Shown: positions 48,438 to 59,397 of the stretch, piece by piece | Layout of the letters: every line of letters begins with the position of its first letter | How positions within the stretch are numbered: the stretch's first letter is position 1 | Source: an uncultured Bacteroidaceae bacterium | Lineage (GTDB): Bacteria > Bacteroidota > Bacteroidia > Bacteroidales > SM23-62 | Length of the DNA stretch: 64,000 nt | NCBI GenBank assembly: GCA_964406005.1 | Contig: CAYOPZ010000014.1 | Span: forward strand, 282 to 64,281 | Reading direction: 5' to 3' | The notes under the pieces: generated by a model | Told to the model about the DNA's origin: nothing | Seen by the model: only the letters and a program-made list of their open reading frames with translations | The model's database searches: none | Program-made: the position numbers and the translations under genes

Positions 48438-48473
48438 GTCATTTTATTGTATCATTCATTAATATTAGCAGAG

Positions 48474-49961
48474 GTGAAAAAAATATCTTTTCCGGGTTTC
48501 GTATTATGCTTGTTTCTCCTGATACCCGGACAGGGGTTTGCACAAACCCGGACCATGCAACTGTCCCTTGAAGATGTGGTCCGGATCGCACAGGAACAAT
48601 CCCCGTCGGCCATCCTTGCCAAGCACCAGTTCCGCGGGAGCTACTGGGAGTTCCGGGCATACAGGGCCCAATTACTTCCCGGGCTGTCCCTTTCGGCAAC
48701 GATTCCCGAATTCAGCAGGGCCATTGATAAAATCACGACCCCGGAAGGGGATGTTTTTGTGACAAGAAAACAATCGAGCTATAGCCTGGGTGCATCCCTG
48801 ACGCAGAATATCCCACTTACGGGAGGAAGTATTTTTCTGTCCTCCGACCTGGAGCGGGTCGACAACTTTACCAATGCCAGCACTTCATACCTGTCTACAC
48901 CGGTAAGCATAGGGCTTCGGCAGCCCATCAAGGATTTCAACAGTTTTCGCTGGGAAAGAAAAATCGAGCCCCTGAGATACGAAGCTGCAAAAAAAAGCTA
49001 TATCGAAGCCATAGAAAATGTGAACCAGCAGGCGGTGAGGAATTTTTTCAATCTCGCACTTGCACAGGTGAACCTTGAGATTGCGGAATTGAATTACAGC
49101 AATACGGACTCACTTTACAAGATCGGACAGGGAAGGTATAATATCGGAACGATCGCCGAGAATGAACTGCTGGAAATGGAACTTTCCTTCCTGAATGCAG
49201 GGACAGCACTGAATGAAGCCAGGACGCAGCTCGAGCTCAATAAGATCCGCCTCAGGTCCTTCCTTGGCTTCAATGAGACTGTTGACATTGAACTGGTTAT
49301 CCCGGCTGAGATCCCTGATCTGGAGATCAATGTGGACCAGGCCCTTGAGCAGGCAAGGCAAAACAGTCCCACCGTCCTTGACCTGCGCAGGCAATTGCTT
49401 GAGGCAGACCGGTCGGTGGCCCAGGCAAAGGCCGAACAGGTATTGACGGCCAGTTTGGTCGCATCTTACGGTTTGACACAGCGGGCAGACGATTATTTAT
49501 CCGGGGCCTACCGGAATCCCCAGGATCAGCAAAGACTCAATATCGGGCTGGAAATTCCATTGTTGGACTGGGGGCAAAGAAGGGGAAATTACAGGGTGGC
49601 GCAGTCAAACCAGGAAGTGGTGAAGACCAATGTGGAGCAGGACCAGATTGATTTTGACCAGGAAGTCATGCTTCAGGTCATGCAGTTCAACCTGCAGGAC
49701 GACCAGCTGAGGATCGCAGCCAAGGCCGATACCATCGCTCAGCTCCGCTATAATGTTACAAAGGAGCGTTTTTACATCGGTAAGATCGATGTATTTGAAT
49801 TAAACCTGGCACAAACCGACAAGGACAATGCTTCCAGGAGTTACCTCAGCGCATTGCAGAATTACTGGGACTATTATTACAATATAAGGCGACTGACCCT
49901 GTATGATTTTGAAAAGCAGTTACCGCTGGAAGAGGATTTCGACACATTGCTGGAATATTAA
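48474..49961 (+). CDS. TolC-family outer-membrane efflux protein
   Basis: Signal peptide (V)KKISFPGFVLCLFLLIPGQGFAQ and two OEP repeats. GTG 48474 preferred over the TTG 48447 listed in the ORF track. Confidence 0.88.
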   Translation: MKKISFPGFVLCLFLLIPGQGFAQTRTMQLSLEDVVRIAQEQSPSAILAKHQFRGSYWEFRAYRAQLLPGLSLSATIPEFSRAIDKITTPEGDVFVTRKQSSYSLGASLTQNIPLTGGSIFLSSDLERVDNFTNASTSYLSTPVSIGLRQPIKDFNSFRWERKIEPLRYEAAKKSYIEAIENVNQQAVRNFFNLALAQVNLEIAELNYSNTDSLYKIGQGRYNIGTIAENELLEMELSFLNAGTALNEARTQLELNKIRLRSFLGFNETVDIELVIPAEIPDLEINVDQALEQARQNSPTVLDLRRQLLEADRSVAQAKAEQVLTASLVASYGLTQRADDYLSGAYRNPQDQQRLNIGLEIPLLDWGQRRGNYRVAQSNQEVVKTNVEQDQIDFDQEVMLQVMQFNLQDDQLRIAAKADTIAQLRYNVTKERFYIGKIDVFELNLAQTDKDNASRSYLSALQNYWDYYYNIRRLTLYDFEKQLPLEEDFDTLLEY

Positions 49962-49977
49962 TCCCCTGCTTCTTAAG

Positions 49978-50799
49978 ATGCAAAAGGCCGGAGCATATAT
50001 CGCCATTGTTTGCGGTCTCTTGATTTGCTTTTGCACCAGGGAGAAATCCCCGGATAAATCCCCTGAGGCCGGACCGGAAACCAGGATAGTAAAGGAGTTT
50101 TATCCCAACGGCCGGCTCAAATCCGCAACGGAAGCAGTCGGAAAGCTGCGGCAGGGCCTTTCCCGGGAATACCGCGCGGACGGAACGCTGGAAAGTGAAA
50201 TATATTACGATCAGAACCGGAAGCACGGTTCGGCGAAAAGCTATTATGCCGACGGCAAAACCGTAAAGAACGAGTTGCGTTATGTGAACGGCTACAGGCA
50301 GGGGGATGCAAAATGGTATTACCAGAGCGGAAAAATATACCGCGTAACACCCTACGAGAAAAATCAGATCAACGGCGTACGGTACATTTATTATGAGAAC
50401 GGCAATCTCCAGGCAGAGATCCCCTACCAGGAAAGCCAGCCGGGTACCGGCCTGAAGGAGTATACCCCCAACGGCAGCCTGAAAGCATTCAGCGCTGTAA
50501 TCCGGATTGAGGAGGCAGACCGGCTCGACCGGGAAAACAGATACTCTCTGGTTCTGTCCATGTCTGACGGCAGCCGGAATGTGGAGTTTTTTACCGGCGA
50601 GCTTACCGGCGGGAAGTATTGGAACGATGAGCTGACACCTGTACCGACCGAGAACGGGACCGGGAGAATCGATTTTATTATTTCAAGGGGGAAATTCAGG
50701 ATGGAAACAATCAACATCGTGGCAAGGGTGCGCACAAGCCTGGGAAATCCCAGGATTCTGCAAAAAGAGTATTACCTGGCAGTTGAAAACAGGTTTTGA
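49978..50799 (+). CDS. MORN-repeat-variant (YwqK-like) lipoprotein
   Basis: Lipobox LLICFC. Repeats G....EYRADGTLESEIYYDQNRKHG / YYADGK...ELRYVNGYRQGD / WYYQSGK / IYYENGNLQAE. ATG 49978 chosen; the ORF-track start overlaps tolC. Confidence 0.8.
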   Translation: MQKAGAYIAIVCGLLICFCTREKSPDKSPEAGPETRIVKEFYPNGRLKSATEAVGKLRQGLSREYRADGTLESEIYYDQNRKHGSAKSYYADGKTVKNELRYVNGYRQGDAKWYYQSGKIYRVTPYEKNQINGVRYIYYENGNLQAEIPYQESQPGTGLKEYTPNGSLKAFSAVIRIEEADRLDRENRYSLVLSMSDGSRNVEFFTGELTGGKYWNDELTPVPTENGTGRIDFIISRGKFRMETINIVARVRTSLGNPRILQKEYYLAVENRF

Positions 50800-52365
50800 T
50801 CATTCAATGGAATTCAGCTTCAGTTTCAGATCGGTATTCTCCGGAGCGTAACCGAGGCCTTTCAGGAGCACTTCACGGGATCTGCCGATCATTCCACTTC
50901 GGTAATAGTATATCGCTGCCGATGAATAGGACCGGCCGAGAAGGTTAGGGTCAATGTCAAGGTAAGGATTCCTGTCGATAAGATCCTCGAAAAGTCTCAT
51001 GTATTTTTCTCCGGATTCCCGGTTCTGCAGCTCAAAGGACTCCCCGAAAACTTCAAGGAAGGTTTTCGCTTTTACGTATGTCAGGACATCCTCACTTTCC
51101 AGTTCGGTATAGGCAGTATCGTATTCCTCGATCCTATCCAGTACCAGAGCCGGGCTGGCAATCCCGGCATAACCTGCCAGGGCTGCCACCAGAAGATTCT
51201 GGTTGTTTTCATCCTCCGGGAATACCCGGAACGCAGCTTCCAGGCAGTCAAGGGCTGCAGAGTAATCGGCCTCCAGGAAATTCTGTCTTCCGTATTCATA
51301 CAGGTAATGAAACTCGAATTCAGAGGCCCGGGCCCCGGGGAGATGTCTGCCCAAATATTCCCGTATACGGAGAATGGTTTCCTCATCTCCCTCCTCGGCA
51401 AGGATGGTATGGATGATATCGACAAGGTATGCGCTGATCAGTTCCGGTTCTATGCCGTAACCGATCAGCCCGGCTGCCTTAACAAGATACTCCAGGTCTC
51501 CTGTTTTATGATAATCCATATGCTGAAGGAAAGCATAGAGTTGTGCAATCAGCAGGTACTGCGTTTTATAGGAGGGATACAGTAGAAATGCCTTTTCGAA
51601 CTGTGAATATGCATTGCGCGGATCATCCTGTTCAATGCATAACAGGGCACTGTTCAGATACAGCATTCCGACGATTTCCTTCAGGTTGAAACCGTATCCG
51701 GCGAAATAATGGGTTTCAAACAAATTCCGTGCGCTGGTATTTTTAAAGGTCTGTTCGTCAATGACTCCCGTACTATGCATGAATTCCACAAAATTGTTCC
51801 GGGTTTCATACCCCAACATGAAGGTCTGCAAATCCGGAGGCGCGATTTCGAGCATGATGCGCCTGTCTTCCGGGTACGCGATCATATAGATATATGCCGG
51901 CCGTTCCCGTATCTCATAGGGGATACCGACCCGGTCAAAGATGAAGGAATAGATGGCGGCAGCCGTCTGGTAATTGTATTTTCCGTAACGGAACAGATCC
52001 CCGAAACCGGCCCGGTAGTCATAGGAGACCAGAAAGGTTTTACTCACATGGTTTTCAATACGCTCAATCTTCTTTTCTTCACTCAGGTTGTCGAATTTCC
52101 TGTCCCGGATTCTGAGAACGGTCTCCTCAATAATTTTCCCGATGGATTCCGCCTGGTTTTCATCTGCAGCCATATCCACGGCGACGGCCATGGAAAGGTA
52201 ATCCGGATTGTCCTTGAAATAAGCGGCAAATGTTTCTTTTTCGAATCCGGAAAAATAATGGAGATCTGCCGGACCGAACACGGTATCTGCTCCGGGTATC
52301 TGTGCACCTGCCTTAACCATGAAAACCGGAAGCAGGATAAGGAATATATGTCTTATCCGAGACAT
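50800..52365 (-). CDS. Secreted hypothetical protein with helical-repeat (TPR-like) C-terminal half
   Basis: Signal peptide MSRIRHIFLILLPVFMVKAGAQ. 521 aa. Stop codons of this gene and the MORN gene abut (TGATCA, 50797-50802). Confidence 0.7.
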   Translation of the reverse strand: MSRIRHIFLILLPVFMVKAGAQIPGADTVFGPADLHYFSGFEKETFAAYFKDNPDYLSMAVAVDMAADENQAESIGKIIEETVLRIRDRKFDNLSEEKKIERIENHVSKTFLVSYDYRAGFGDLFRYGKYNYQTAAAIYSFIFDRVGIPYEIRERPAYIYMIAYPEDRRIMLEIAPPDLQTFMLGYETRNNFVEFMHSTGVIDEQTFKNTSARNLFETHYFAGYGFNLKEIVGMLYLNSALLCIEQDDPRNAYSQFEKAFLLYPSYKTQYLLIAQLYAFLQHMDYHKTGDLEYLVKAAGLIGYGIEPELISAYLVDIIHTILAEEGDEETILRIREYLGRHLPGARASEFEFHYLYEYGRQNFLEADYSAALDCLEAAFRVFPEDENNQNLLVAALAGYAGIASPALVLDRIEEYDTAYTELESEDVLTYVKAKTFLEVFGESFELQNRESGEKYMRLFEDLIDRNPYLDIDPNLLGRSYSSAAIYYYRSGMIGRSREVLLKGLGYAPENTDLKLKLNSIE

Positions 52366-52372
52366 ACTGTAA

Positions 52373-52380
52373 CAAAGATA
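52373..52380 (-). promoter_or_regulatory. Candidate -7 box (TATCTTTG on minus strand) for the 521-aa gene
   Basis: CAAAGATA on the plus strand, 7 nt upstream of ATG 52365. Confidence 0.3.
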
Positions 52381-52436
52381 GCAATCACTATGATTAAGAA
52401 CATGTCATATGATCGACAACCCTGCAATTTTTAAAG

Positions 52437-52444
52437 TAAATTTG
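52437..52444 (+). promoter_or_regulatory. Candidate -7 box (TAAATTTG) for mdh
   Basis: Exact TAnnTTTG, 23 nt upstream of ATG 52468. Confidence 0.4.
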
Positions 52445-52467
52445 ATGGAACAGTAAATCAATATCAC

Positions 52468-53406
52468 ATGGAAAAAATAACTGTAATCGGCGCCGGTAAT
52501 GTAGGTGCCACCTGTGCCAATGTGCTGGCACATAAAAATCTTTCAAAAGAAGTTGTTCTTGTAGACATCAGGTCCGGAATTGCCGAGGGAAAAGCCCTCG
52601 ATATCTGGCAGACCTCATCCATTAACGGTTTTAATACCAGGGTGGTCGGGGTTACGGATGATTACAAGCGCACCGAAGGTTCAGGAATTGTCATCATCAC
52701 CTCGGGCATGCCCCGGAAGCCGGGAATGTCAAGGGATGACCTGATCAAAACCAATGCCGGTATCGTCAAGGATGTTACCCTTAAGTCTGTAAAGGCTTCA
52801 CCGGATGCCATCATTATTGTTGTTTCCAATCCATTGGATGTAATGACATATGCGGCACTGAAAGCTTCCGGGAAGCCCCAAGATAAAGTCTTCGGGATGG
52901 CCGGGATACTGGACATCGGAAGATTCAAGGCGTTCATTGCCGAAGCGCTGGATGTCTCCCCGCTTGACATCAATGCACTCCTGATGGGCGGGCATGGCGA
53001 TACCATGGTTCCGCTGCCGCGCTATACTTCAGTCTGTGGCATACCCCTTACCGAATTGATGTCCGCGGAACAGATCGAACAAATTGTCCAGAGGACACGC
53101 AAAGGAGGAGGGGAGCTGGTACAGCTTATGGGGACATCTGCATGGTATGCGCCGGGTGCCGCCGTTGCCCAGATGGCAGAGGCGATCGTGGACGACCAGA
53201 AGCGCATCTTTCCGGTATCCACCCTGTTGAAAGGCCAGTTCGGACTGAAGGATGTTTTTATGGGCATGCCTGTCAAGCTTGGCAAAAACGGGATTGAAGA
53301 GATTCTCGATATCAAGCTCGAGAAAGACGAACAGGCCCTTCTGGAAACTTCCGCCAAGGCTGTCAAAAGCGTTATGGATGTGTTTGACGGAATGAATATT
53401 ATTTAA
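52468..53406 (+). CDS. mdh: Malate dehydrogenase (LDH-like type)
   Basis: MEKITVIGAGNVGA Rossmann start, ITSGMPRKPGMSRDDL, GGHGDTMVP. Confidence 0.96.
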   Translation: MEKITVIGAGNVGATCANVLAHKNLSKEVVLVDIRSGIAEGKALDIWQTSSINGFNTRVVGVTDDYKRTEGSGIVIITSGMPRKPGMSRDDLIKTNAGIVKDVTLKSVKASPDAIIIVVSNPLDVMTYAALKASGKPQDKVFGMAGILDIGRFKAFIAEALDVSPLDINALLMGGHGDTMVPLPRYTSVCGIPLTELMSAEQIEQIVQRTRKGGGELVQLMGTSAWYAPGAAVAQMAEAIVDDQKRIFPVSTLLKGQFGLKDVFMGMPVKLGKNGIEEILDIKLEKDEQALLETSAKAVKSVMDVFDGMNII

Positions 53407-53419
53407 GCGGAAAAATATA

Positions 53420-53427
53420 TATCTTTG
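53420..53427 (+). promoter_or_regulatory. Candidate -7 box (TATCTTTG) for secDF
   Basis: Exact TAnnTTTG, 28 nt upstream of ATG 53456. Confidence 0.4.
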
Positions 53428-53455
53428 GGCTCCTGAATGACCAAATCAGAATCAG

Positions 53456-56400
53456 ATGCAAAATAAGGGAGCCGTCAGGGTATTTGCCATTGCCCTGGCC
53501 ATCGTATGCGTTTATCAGTTATCCTTCACGTTTGTCACGCAAAAGGTAGAGAAAGACGCCAGCAGATATGCAGGAGGGGATTCTACGCTGGAAGCAAGGT
53601 ATATTGATTCCATAAGCAGCGAAGTTGTATACAACATCCTGCTCAGGAAATATACCTACCGTGAATGCAAGGAGCGTGAGATCAACCTCGGTCTGGACCT
53701 GAAAGGAGGCATGAACGTAACCCTGGAAGTATCCATGGTGGATATGATCCGCTCCCTGGCTGACTACAGCACGGATACCACGTTCAACCAGGCCATTGCC
53801 CTGGCAAGGGAGTACCAGACGGAAAGCCAGGAAAATTTTGTGACGCTTTTCGGCAGGGCATTTGAGGATATTGATCCGAATGCAAGGCTTGCCGCCATAT
53901 TTGCCACCCGCGAGCTCCGGGGCCAGATCGATTTTAATTCCACCAATGAGGATGTCCTCAGGGTCATACGCTCCGAGACGGAGGGCGCGATGGATAACGC
54001 GTTTAATGTCCTGAGGAACAGGATAGACCGGTTCGGTGTCGTACAGCCCAATATCCAGCGCCTGGAAACCCAGGGCCGGATCCTTGTGGAGCTTCCCGGT
54101 GTCAAGGAACCCGAGAGGGTGAGAAAACTCCTGCAGGGAACTGCAAACCTTGAATTCTGGGAAACATATGAGAATTCCGAGGTTTATCCCTATTTGGAGG
54201 AGGCGAACTCACGGGTTAAGGAAATACTTGATGCACAGGAAGAGATGCAGCAGGCGGAACAGGCGCCGGAAGCCGAACCGGCTCCCGGCCCGGAGGAGGA
54301 AAATCCGTTGCTTGCCGAATCCGGACAGGCCGCTGCTGCAGAAGGGGAGGATACGACCGGGCAGGAATTAAGCCTGTTGGAACAGATTGAAGCCGACAGT
54401 CTTCTGACAGATACAACGGCTGCCGTGACACTGGAAGACTTTATCAGGCAAAATCCCCTGCTCGGGATCCTTCAGCCCAATGTCACCCAGCAGGGGCAAT
54501 TCGTTAACGGCGCCGGTGTGGGATTTGCACATTACAAGGATACCAACAAGATCATGCAATACCTGAACATGCCGCAGGTCCGCTCACTCTTTCCGAGAGA
54601 TATACGCTTTTTATGGAGTATGACCCCTTTCGACGAAGCAGGCAATTATTACGTACTGTATGCATTGAGGATTACGGGCAGGGACGGAAGACCCATTCTC
54701 GACGGCAGTGTCGTGACAAATGCAAGCGTGGATTTTTCGCAAACAGGCGGCAATGCCACGGTCACTATGGGGATGAATGCCGAGGGAGCCCAGCAATGGT
54801 CACGGATCACGCGTGAAAATGTGGGCAAGGCCATTGCCATCGTTCTTGACAATTATGTGACTTCGGCCCCTACGGTCGATGAGGAGATCCCCAACGGGCG
54901 TTCTACCATCCGGGGGAACTTCACCTATGCCGAAGCAGAGGATCTTGCCAACGTATTGAAGTCAGGGAAACTTCCGGCCCCCGCAAGGATAGAACAGGAA
55001 GCCATCGTAGGACCGTCACTGGGAAAGGCGGCAATCCATTCAGGGTTGAATTCTTTCATGATTGCCTTTGTCGTGATACTGCTGTACATGGTCTTCTATT
55101 ACAGCCACAGGGCAGGATTTGTTGCTGATATTGCCCTGATAGTGAATATGTTTTTCCTGATGGGTGTGCTGGCATCGCTCGGAGCTGTGCTGACCCTGCC
55201 GGGCATTGCAGGGATCGTTCTGACAATAGGTATGTCAGTTGACGCCAACGTGTTGATCTATGAGAGAATCCGGGAAGAGATTGTAGCGGGAAAGGGCATT
55301 AAGCTGGCCGTTTCTGACGGGTATAAAAATGCACGATCTGCCATAATAGATGCCAATGTGACCACCCTTCTTACCGGTGTGATCCTGCTTATATTCGGGA
55401 CCGGTCCCATCAAGGGGTTTGCCACTACCCTGGTGATCGGCATTCTCACATCCCTTTTCTCTGCCATATTCATTACCAGACTGGTCTATGAACGAATGCT
55501 GACCAGGAACCGCAGGCTGACCTTTGCAACCCGGATCACACAAAATGCTTTTAAGAATGCACATATCCAGTTCATAAACAAACGCAAAATCTTTTTTGTT
55601 ATCTCCGGGGCGCTCGTTCTTACGGGGATTGTATCACTTATTACCAGGGGGCTTAATCAGGGTATTGATTTTACGGGAGGAAGAACCTTTGTCGTCGAGT
55701 TCAAACAGCCCGTTTCGACGGAAGAAATCAAAGGCAGCCTTGAGCAGGAATTCGGAGAAGCCCCGCAGGTAATTACATTCGGCAGCGACAACAAGATCCG
55801 GATCACAACGAAGTACAAATTCGACGACGATGCCGTGGAAGCAGACGAGGAGGTTGAACGGCTTTTATACGAAGGACTTCAGCCATACCTGGGAGAAGAT
55901 GTTGATTTCAATACATTTTTGAACGTATACCGGCAGAGTTCAGAGAAGGTCGGTCCCACGATTGCGGACGATATCAAGGTACAGGCAGTCTGGGCCATCC
56001 TGTTTGCCCTTGTAGTCATTTTTATATACATACTTGTACGGTTCAGGAACTGGCAGTACGGATTGGGGGCTGTAGCCGCCCTTGTTCACGATGTGCTGAT
56101 TGTGCTGGGTGTATTTTCATTATTATACGGCATTATGCCCTTTTCCATGGAGATCGACCAGGCGTTTGTAGCGGCCATACTGACCGTCGTGGGTTATTCA
56201 ATCAATGACACAGTGGTCATATTTGACAGGATCAGGGAGTATATAGGGCTGTACCGGAAGCGGGAACGGACCGAGATCATCAACCTTGCCCTCAACAGTA
56301 CCCTGAGCCGGACATTCAGTACTTCGATGAGTACATTTTTCGTTTTGTTCGTGATCTTCCTGTTCGGAGGGGAAGTGATCAGGGGATTCACCCTGGCCCT

Positions 56401-56515
56401 GCTTATAGGGGTGGTGGTCGGAACCTATTCTTCACTTTTCATCGCGACCCCGGTGGTTTATGATACCATCCTCAGGACTGAGACCAGGAAGGCACACAGG
56501 GCCGGAAGGAAATAG
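53456..56515 (+). CDS. secDF: Protein translocase subunit SecDF (fused)
   Basis: 1019 aa. SecD ([15 protein letters not shown]; 6 TM with [26 protein letters not shown]) followed by SecF (GIDFTGGR...; [22 protein letters not shown]). Confidence 0.96.
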   Translation: MQNKGAVRVFAIALAIVCVYQLSFTFVTQKVEKDASRYAGGDSTLEARYIDSISSEVVYNILLRKYTYRECKEREINLGLDLKGGMNVTLEVSMVDMIRSLADYSTDTTFNQAIALAREYQTESQENFVTLFGRAFEDIDPNARLAAIFATRELRGQIDFNSTNEDVLRVIRSETEGAMDNAFNVLRNRIDRFGVVQPNIQRLETQGRILVELPGVKEPERVRKLLQGTANLEFWETYENSEVYPYLEEANSRVKEILDAQEEMQQAEQAPEAEPAPGPEEENPLLAESGQAAAAEGEDTTGQELSLLEQIEADSLLTDTTAAVTLEDFIRQNPLLGILQPNVTQQGQFVNGAGVGFAHYKDTNKIMQYLNMPQVRSLFPRDIRFLWSMTPFDEAGNYYVLYALRITGRDGRPILDGSVVTNASVDFSQTGGNATVTMGMNAEGAQQWSRITRENVGKAIAIVLDNYVTSAPTVDEEIPNGRSTIRGNFTYAEAEDLANVLKSGKLPAPARIEQEAIVGPSLGKAAIHSGLNSFMIAFVVILLYMVFYYSHRAGFVADIALIVNMFFLMGVLASLGAVLTLPGIAGIVLTIGMSVDANVLIYERIREEIVAGKGIKLAVSDGYKNARSAIIDANVTTLLTGVILLIFGTGPIKGFATTLVIGILTSLFSAIFITRLVYERMLTRNRRLTFATRITQNAFKNAHIQFINKRKIFFVISGALVLTGIVSLITRGLNQGIDFTGGRTFVVEFKQPVSTEEIKGSLEQEFGEAPQVITFGSDNKIRITTKYKFDDDAVEADEEVERLLYEGLQPYLGEDVDFNTFLNVYRQSSEKVGPTIADDIKVQAVWAILFALVVIFIYILVRFRNWQYGLGAVAALVHDVLIVLGVFSLLYGIMPFSMEIDQAFVAAILTVVGYSINDTVVIFDRIREYIGLYRKRERTEIINLALNSTLSRTFSTSMSTFFVLFVIFLFGGEVIRGFTLALLIGVVVGTYSSLFIATPVVYDTILRTETRKAHRAGRK

Positions 56516-56536
56516 TAATATTTCGGAATTCTGCCG

Positions 56537-56544
56537 TATATTTG
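56537..56544 (+). promoter_or_regulatory. Candidate -7 box (TATATTTG) for tatA
   Basis: Exact TAnnTTTG, 15 nt upstream of ATG 56560. It overlaps the TTG 56542 start in the ORF track, which argues for the ATG. Confidence 0.35.
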
Positions 56545-56559
56545 GATAAGGAAATTACT

Positions 56560-56838
56560 ATGTTGTCTGTCGTCTTATTTATCAGCGGCCAGGAAATTTT
56601 GATCGTGGCTCTTGTGGTGCTTCTCCTTTTCGGATCCAGCAAGATCCCGGAGATGGCGCGCGGACTGGGCAAAGGTATGCGTGAATTCAGGAAAGCGGCC
56701 GATGATATAAAGAAAGAGATCAGCGAAAGCGTTCCGGATGTGGAGAAGGATATAAAGGATGCGGGCAAGGACTTGAAAGACAGCACTAAGGGATTGATGG
56801 ACGACTTCAGGGACCTGAAGGATAACCTCGGTAAATAG
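56560..56838 (+). CDS. tatA: Twin-arginine translocase TatA/E family protein
   Basis: [34 protein letters not shown] followed by an amphipathic charged tail. Confidence 0.9.
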   Translation: MLSVVLFISGQEILIVALVVLLLFGSSKIPEMARGLGKGMREFRKAADDIKKEISESVPDVEKDIKDAGKDLKDSTKGLMDDFRDLKDNLGK

Positions 56839-56886
56839 CCAACCTGTTTCAGGGCAGCGCTTCGGCGCATTCACAGCATTTATCAT

Positions 56887-57831
56887 ATGGAATATTTCCT
56901 GCTACTGCTCGGTTTTGCATTGTTGATCATCAGCGGCAGGATACTGATACACAATGCGGTTGCCATAGCGCACCGTTTGAGATTGTCTGACTTTGTCATA
57001 GGTCTTACGGTTGTTGCCGCCGGGACAAGCGCGCCTGAGTTGCTGGTAAGCCTGACCGGAGCGTTGAAGGGGCATGCCGATGTGGCCGTTTACAATGTAG
57101 TCGGCTCGAACATATCCAATATACTTCTTGTACTTGCGGTTGTGTCGGTAATACTGCCGTTACGTGTCAGAAAACAAACATTACGGATTGACTGGCCTGT
57201 CATGATGACCATAGGCGTACTGGCCGCTTTGTTCATTCTTGACATGAACCTGTCGGCCGGGGAAGGGATCATGCTGCTTGTTTTTCTGGCCGCCTTCCTG
57301 TCTTATTCGGTTATCAGGTCCACTGGGAGGAATGCTCCTGAAAATAACCGGGCCGGGGCGCCGGGAAGATCCCTTCCGGCGGCGTTGATCATGGTTGCGT
57401 TGTCGTCCTGGGGGCTTGCCTACGGGGCGGACATGCTCGTGGACAATGCCGTGACCCTGGCACAGCATTTCAACATCAGCGAGAGGATCATTTCCGTCTC
57501 CCTGCTTGCCGTGGGCACAAGTATACCGGAACTTACGGCTTCCGTCATTGCCGCTTTCAGAAAGGAAACCGATATTTCGGTCGGGAATATCCTGGGCTCC
57601 AACATTTTTAATATAGGCATGGTTCTTGGCATTACAAGCATGGTGCATCCCCTTGAAGTGAATCCCATGATCCTGTCGTTTGATATCTTCTGGTTCCTGG
57701 GCGCCGGCCTGCTTTTGCTGTTCATGCTCCTTGTCCCGCAAAAACTGGAATTACAGCGATGGAAGGGAATGGTCATGCTGTCGGTGTATTTGATATATTT
57801 GTATTTTGTGCTCGGCAGTATCAATTACTGA
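56887..57831 (+). CDS. CaCA-family sodium/calcium antiporter (YrbG-like)
   Basis: Two alpha-repeats GTSAPEL and GTSIPEL. About ten TMs. 314 aa. Confidence 0.9.
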   Translation: MEYFLLLLGFALLIISGRILIHNAVAIAHRLRLSDFVIGLTVVAAGTSAPELLVSLTGALKGHADVAVYNVVGSNISNILLVLAVVSVILPLRVRKQTLRIDWPVMMTIGVLAALFILDMNLSAGEGIMLLVFLAAFLSYSVIRSTGRNAPENNRAGAPGRSLPAALIMVALSSWGLAYGADMLVDNAVTLAQHFNISERIISVSLLAVGTSIPELTASVIAAFRKETDISVGNILGSNIFNIGMVLGITSMVHPLEVNPMILSFDIFWFLGAGLLLLFMLLVPQKLELQRWKGMVMLSVYLIYLYFVLGSINY

Positions 57832-57835
57832 ATTC

Positions 57836-58489
57836 ATGATACGTACTGAAAACATATGTAAATCTTTTAACGGCCTGCAGGTTCTCAATGACATCAACCT
57901 GGAAATAGAGGAAGGTGAGATCATATCCATTGTAGGGGCGAGCGGTGCCGGGAAAACAACACTGCTTCAGATCATCGGGACCCTTATGGCCAAGGACAGG
58001 GGGAAGGTCTGGATCGGCGATACCGATATAGATGCCCTTCGTGAAAAACAGCTGTCCGGCTTCCGGAACCGGAAAATCGGATTTGTATTCCAGTTTCACC
58101 ACCTGTTGCCCGAGTTCACGGCCTTCGAGAATGTGTGCATTCCGGGATACATTGCCAGGCGGGCGCGCAGCGATGTGGAATCCCGTGCCGGCGAGCTGCT
58201 GACCTTTCTGAACCTGCAGGACAGGCTTACCCACAAACCCGGAGAGCTTTCCGGCGGAGAGCAGCAGAGGGTTGCCGTAGCACGGGCCCTGATAAACAAT
58301 CCTGCAGTCATACTTGCAGACGAACCCTCCGGGAACCTCGATACCCGGAACAAACAGGAGCTTCATGAATTGTTCTTTGTGCTCCGCGACAGCTTCAGGC
58401 AGACATTCGTGATCGTAACCCACGACAGGGAACTCGCCGGCATGTCCGACCGCATGATCCGTTTGAAGGATGGTCAAATCATTGCCTGA
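57836..58489 (+). CDS. lolD: ABC transporter ATP-binding protein, LolD/MacB-ATPase type
   Basis: Walker [12 protein letters not shown], signature [15 protein letters not shown], Walker [15 protein letters not shown] 57836 lies 4 nt after the antiporter stop. Confidence 0.88.
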   Translation: MIRTENICKSFNGLQVLNDINLEIEEGEIISIVGASGAGKTTLLQIIGTLMAKDRGKVWIGDTDIDALREKQLSGFRNRKIGFVFQFHHLLPEFTAFENVCIPGYIARRARSDVESRAGELLTFLNLQDRLTHKPGELSGGEQQRVAVARALINNPAVILADEPSGNLDTRNKQELHELFFVLRDSFRQTFVIVTHDRELAGMSDRMIRLKDGQIIA

Positions 58490-58521
58490 TCTTCCCGATG
58501 ATAAATGGGTGACATTATTCC

Positions 58522-58529
58522 TACTTTTG
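58522..58529 (+). promoter_or_regulatory. Candidate -7 box (TACTTTTG) for the TIGR02757 gene
   Basis: Exact TAnnTTTG, 19 nt upstream of ATG 58549. Confidence 0.4.
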
Positions 58530-58548
58530 TCAGCACTAAAATAATGCT

Positions 58549-59319
58549 ATGGTGCTGAAATTCGATGAATTAAAAGATTTTCTTGATGAGATGGTTGTCC
58601 GGTACAACAATCCGAATTTCATCGAACTTGATCCTATCCGAATACCACACTTATATTCACAAAAGGAAGATATCGAAATTGCAGGATTCTTAACAGCCGT
58701 TATTTCATGGGGTAACCGTGCTTCAATTTTAAAGAGTGCAAAACGTATGATGGAAATCATGGGAAACTCACCTTTTGATTTCATTGTGAATCATAAAGAA
58801 GAGCACCTTGAAAAACTTGAGGGTTTTGTCCACAGGACATTTAATGCCATTGATTTTGTGTATTTCGTTACAGCATTAAGACACCTTTATTTGAATGGGG
58901 ATGGACTTGAAGGGATATTTAATCGATATCAGACTGATACTTCTTTACAATCTGCAATTCATCACCTGAAGCATGAGTTCTTCGAACTGCCACATTTATC
59001 TCGTACCCGGAAACACCTGCCTGATCCTTGCAACGGATCGGCAGCAAAAAAAATCAACATGTATCTTAAGTGGATGATTCGAAAAGACAATGCAGGTGTT
59101 GATTTTGGCTTATGGCATGAAATATCTCCTTCAAAGCTGTCGTGTCCATTGGATCTGCATACAGGTACTGTAGCCCGGAAACTTGGATTGTTAAGACGAA
59201 AACAAAATGACTCCAAAGCAGTTCTGGAACTGGATAATTCTTTGAGGTTTTTCGATTCAAAAGATCCGGTGAAATATGATTATGCATTATTTGGCCTTGG
59301 AATTTTTGAGAATTTCTAG
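58549..59319 (+). CDS. TIGR02757 (DUF2400) family protein
   Basis: MVLKFDELKDFLDEMVVRYNNPNFIELDPIRIPH..., AVISWGNR, CPLDLHTGTVARKLGLL. Recognised from memory of the family. Confidence 0.8.
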   Translation: MVLKFDELKDFLDEMVVRYNNPNFIELDPIRIPHLYSQKEDIEIAGFLTAVISWGNRASILKSAKRMMEIMGNSPFDFIVNHKEEHLEKLEGFVHRTFNAIDFVYFVTALRHLYLNGDGLEGIFNRYQTDTSLQSAIHHLKHEFFELPHLSRTRKHLPDPCNGSAAKKINMYLKWMIRKDNAGVDFGLWHEISPSKLSCPLDLHTGTVARKLGLLRRKQNDSKAVLELDNSLRFFDSKDPVKYDYALFGLGIFENF

Positions 59320-59363
59320 ATGAGTGATTATAACAGGTCCGGTCCAGAGGGTCTCCAAAAGTT

Positions 59364-59397
59364 AAAAGCCCCTGTTTTTCATGGGCTTTTGTGTTTT
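59364..59397 (+). terminator. Rho-independent terminator after the TIGR02757 gene
   Basis: AAAAGCCC (59364-59371) pairs with GGGCTTTT (59383-59390), 11-nt loop, followed by GTGTTTT. Confidence 0.7.
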
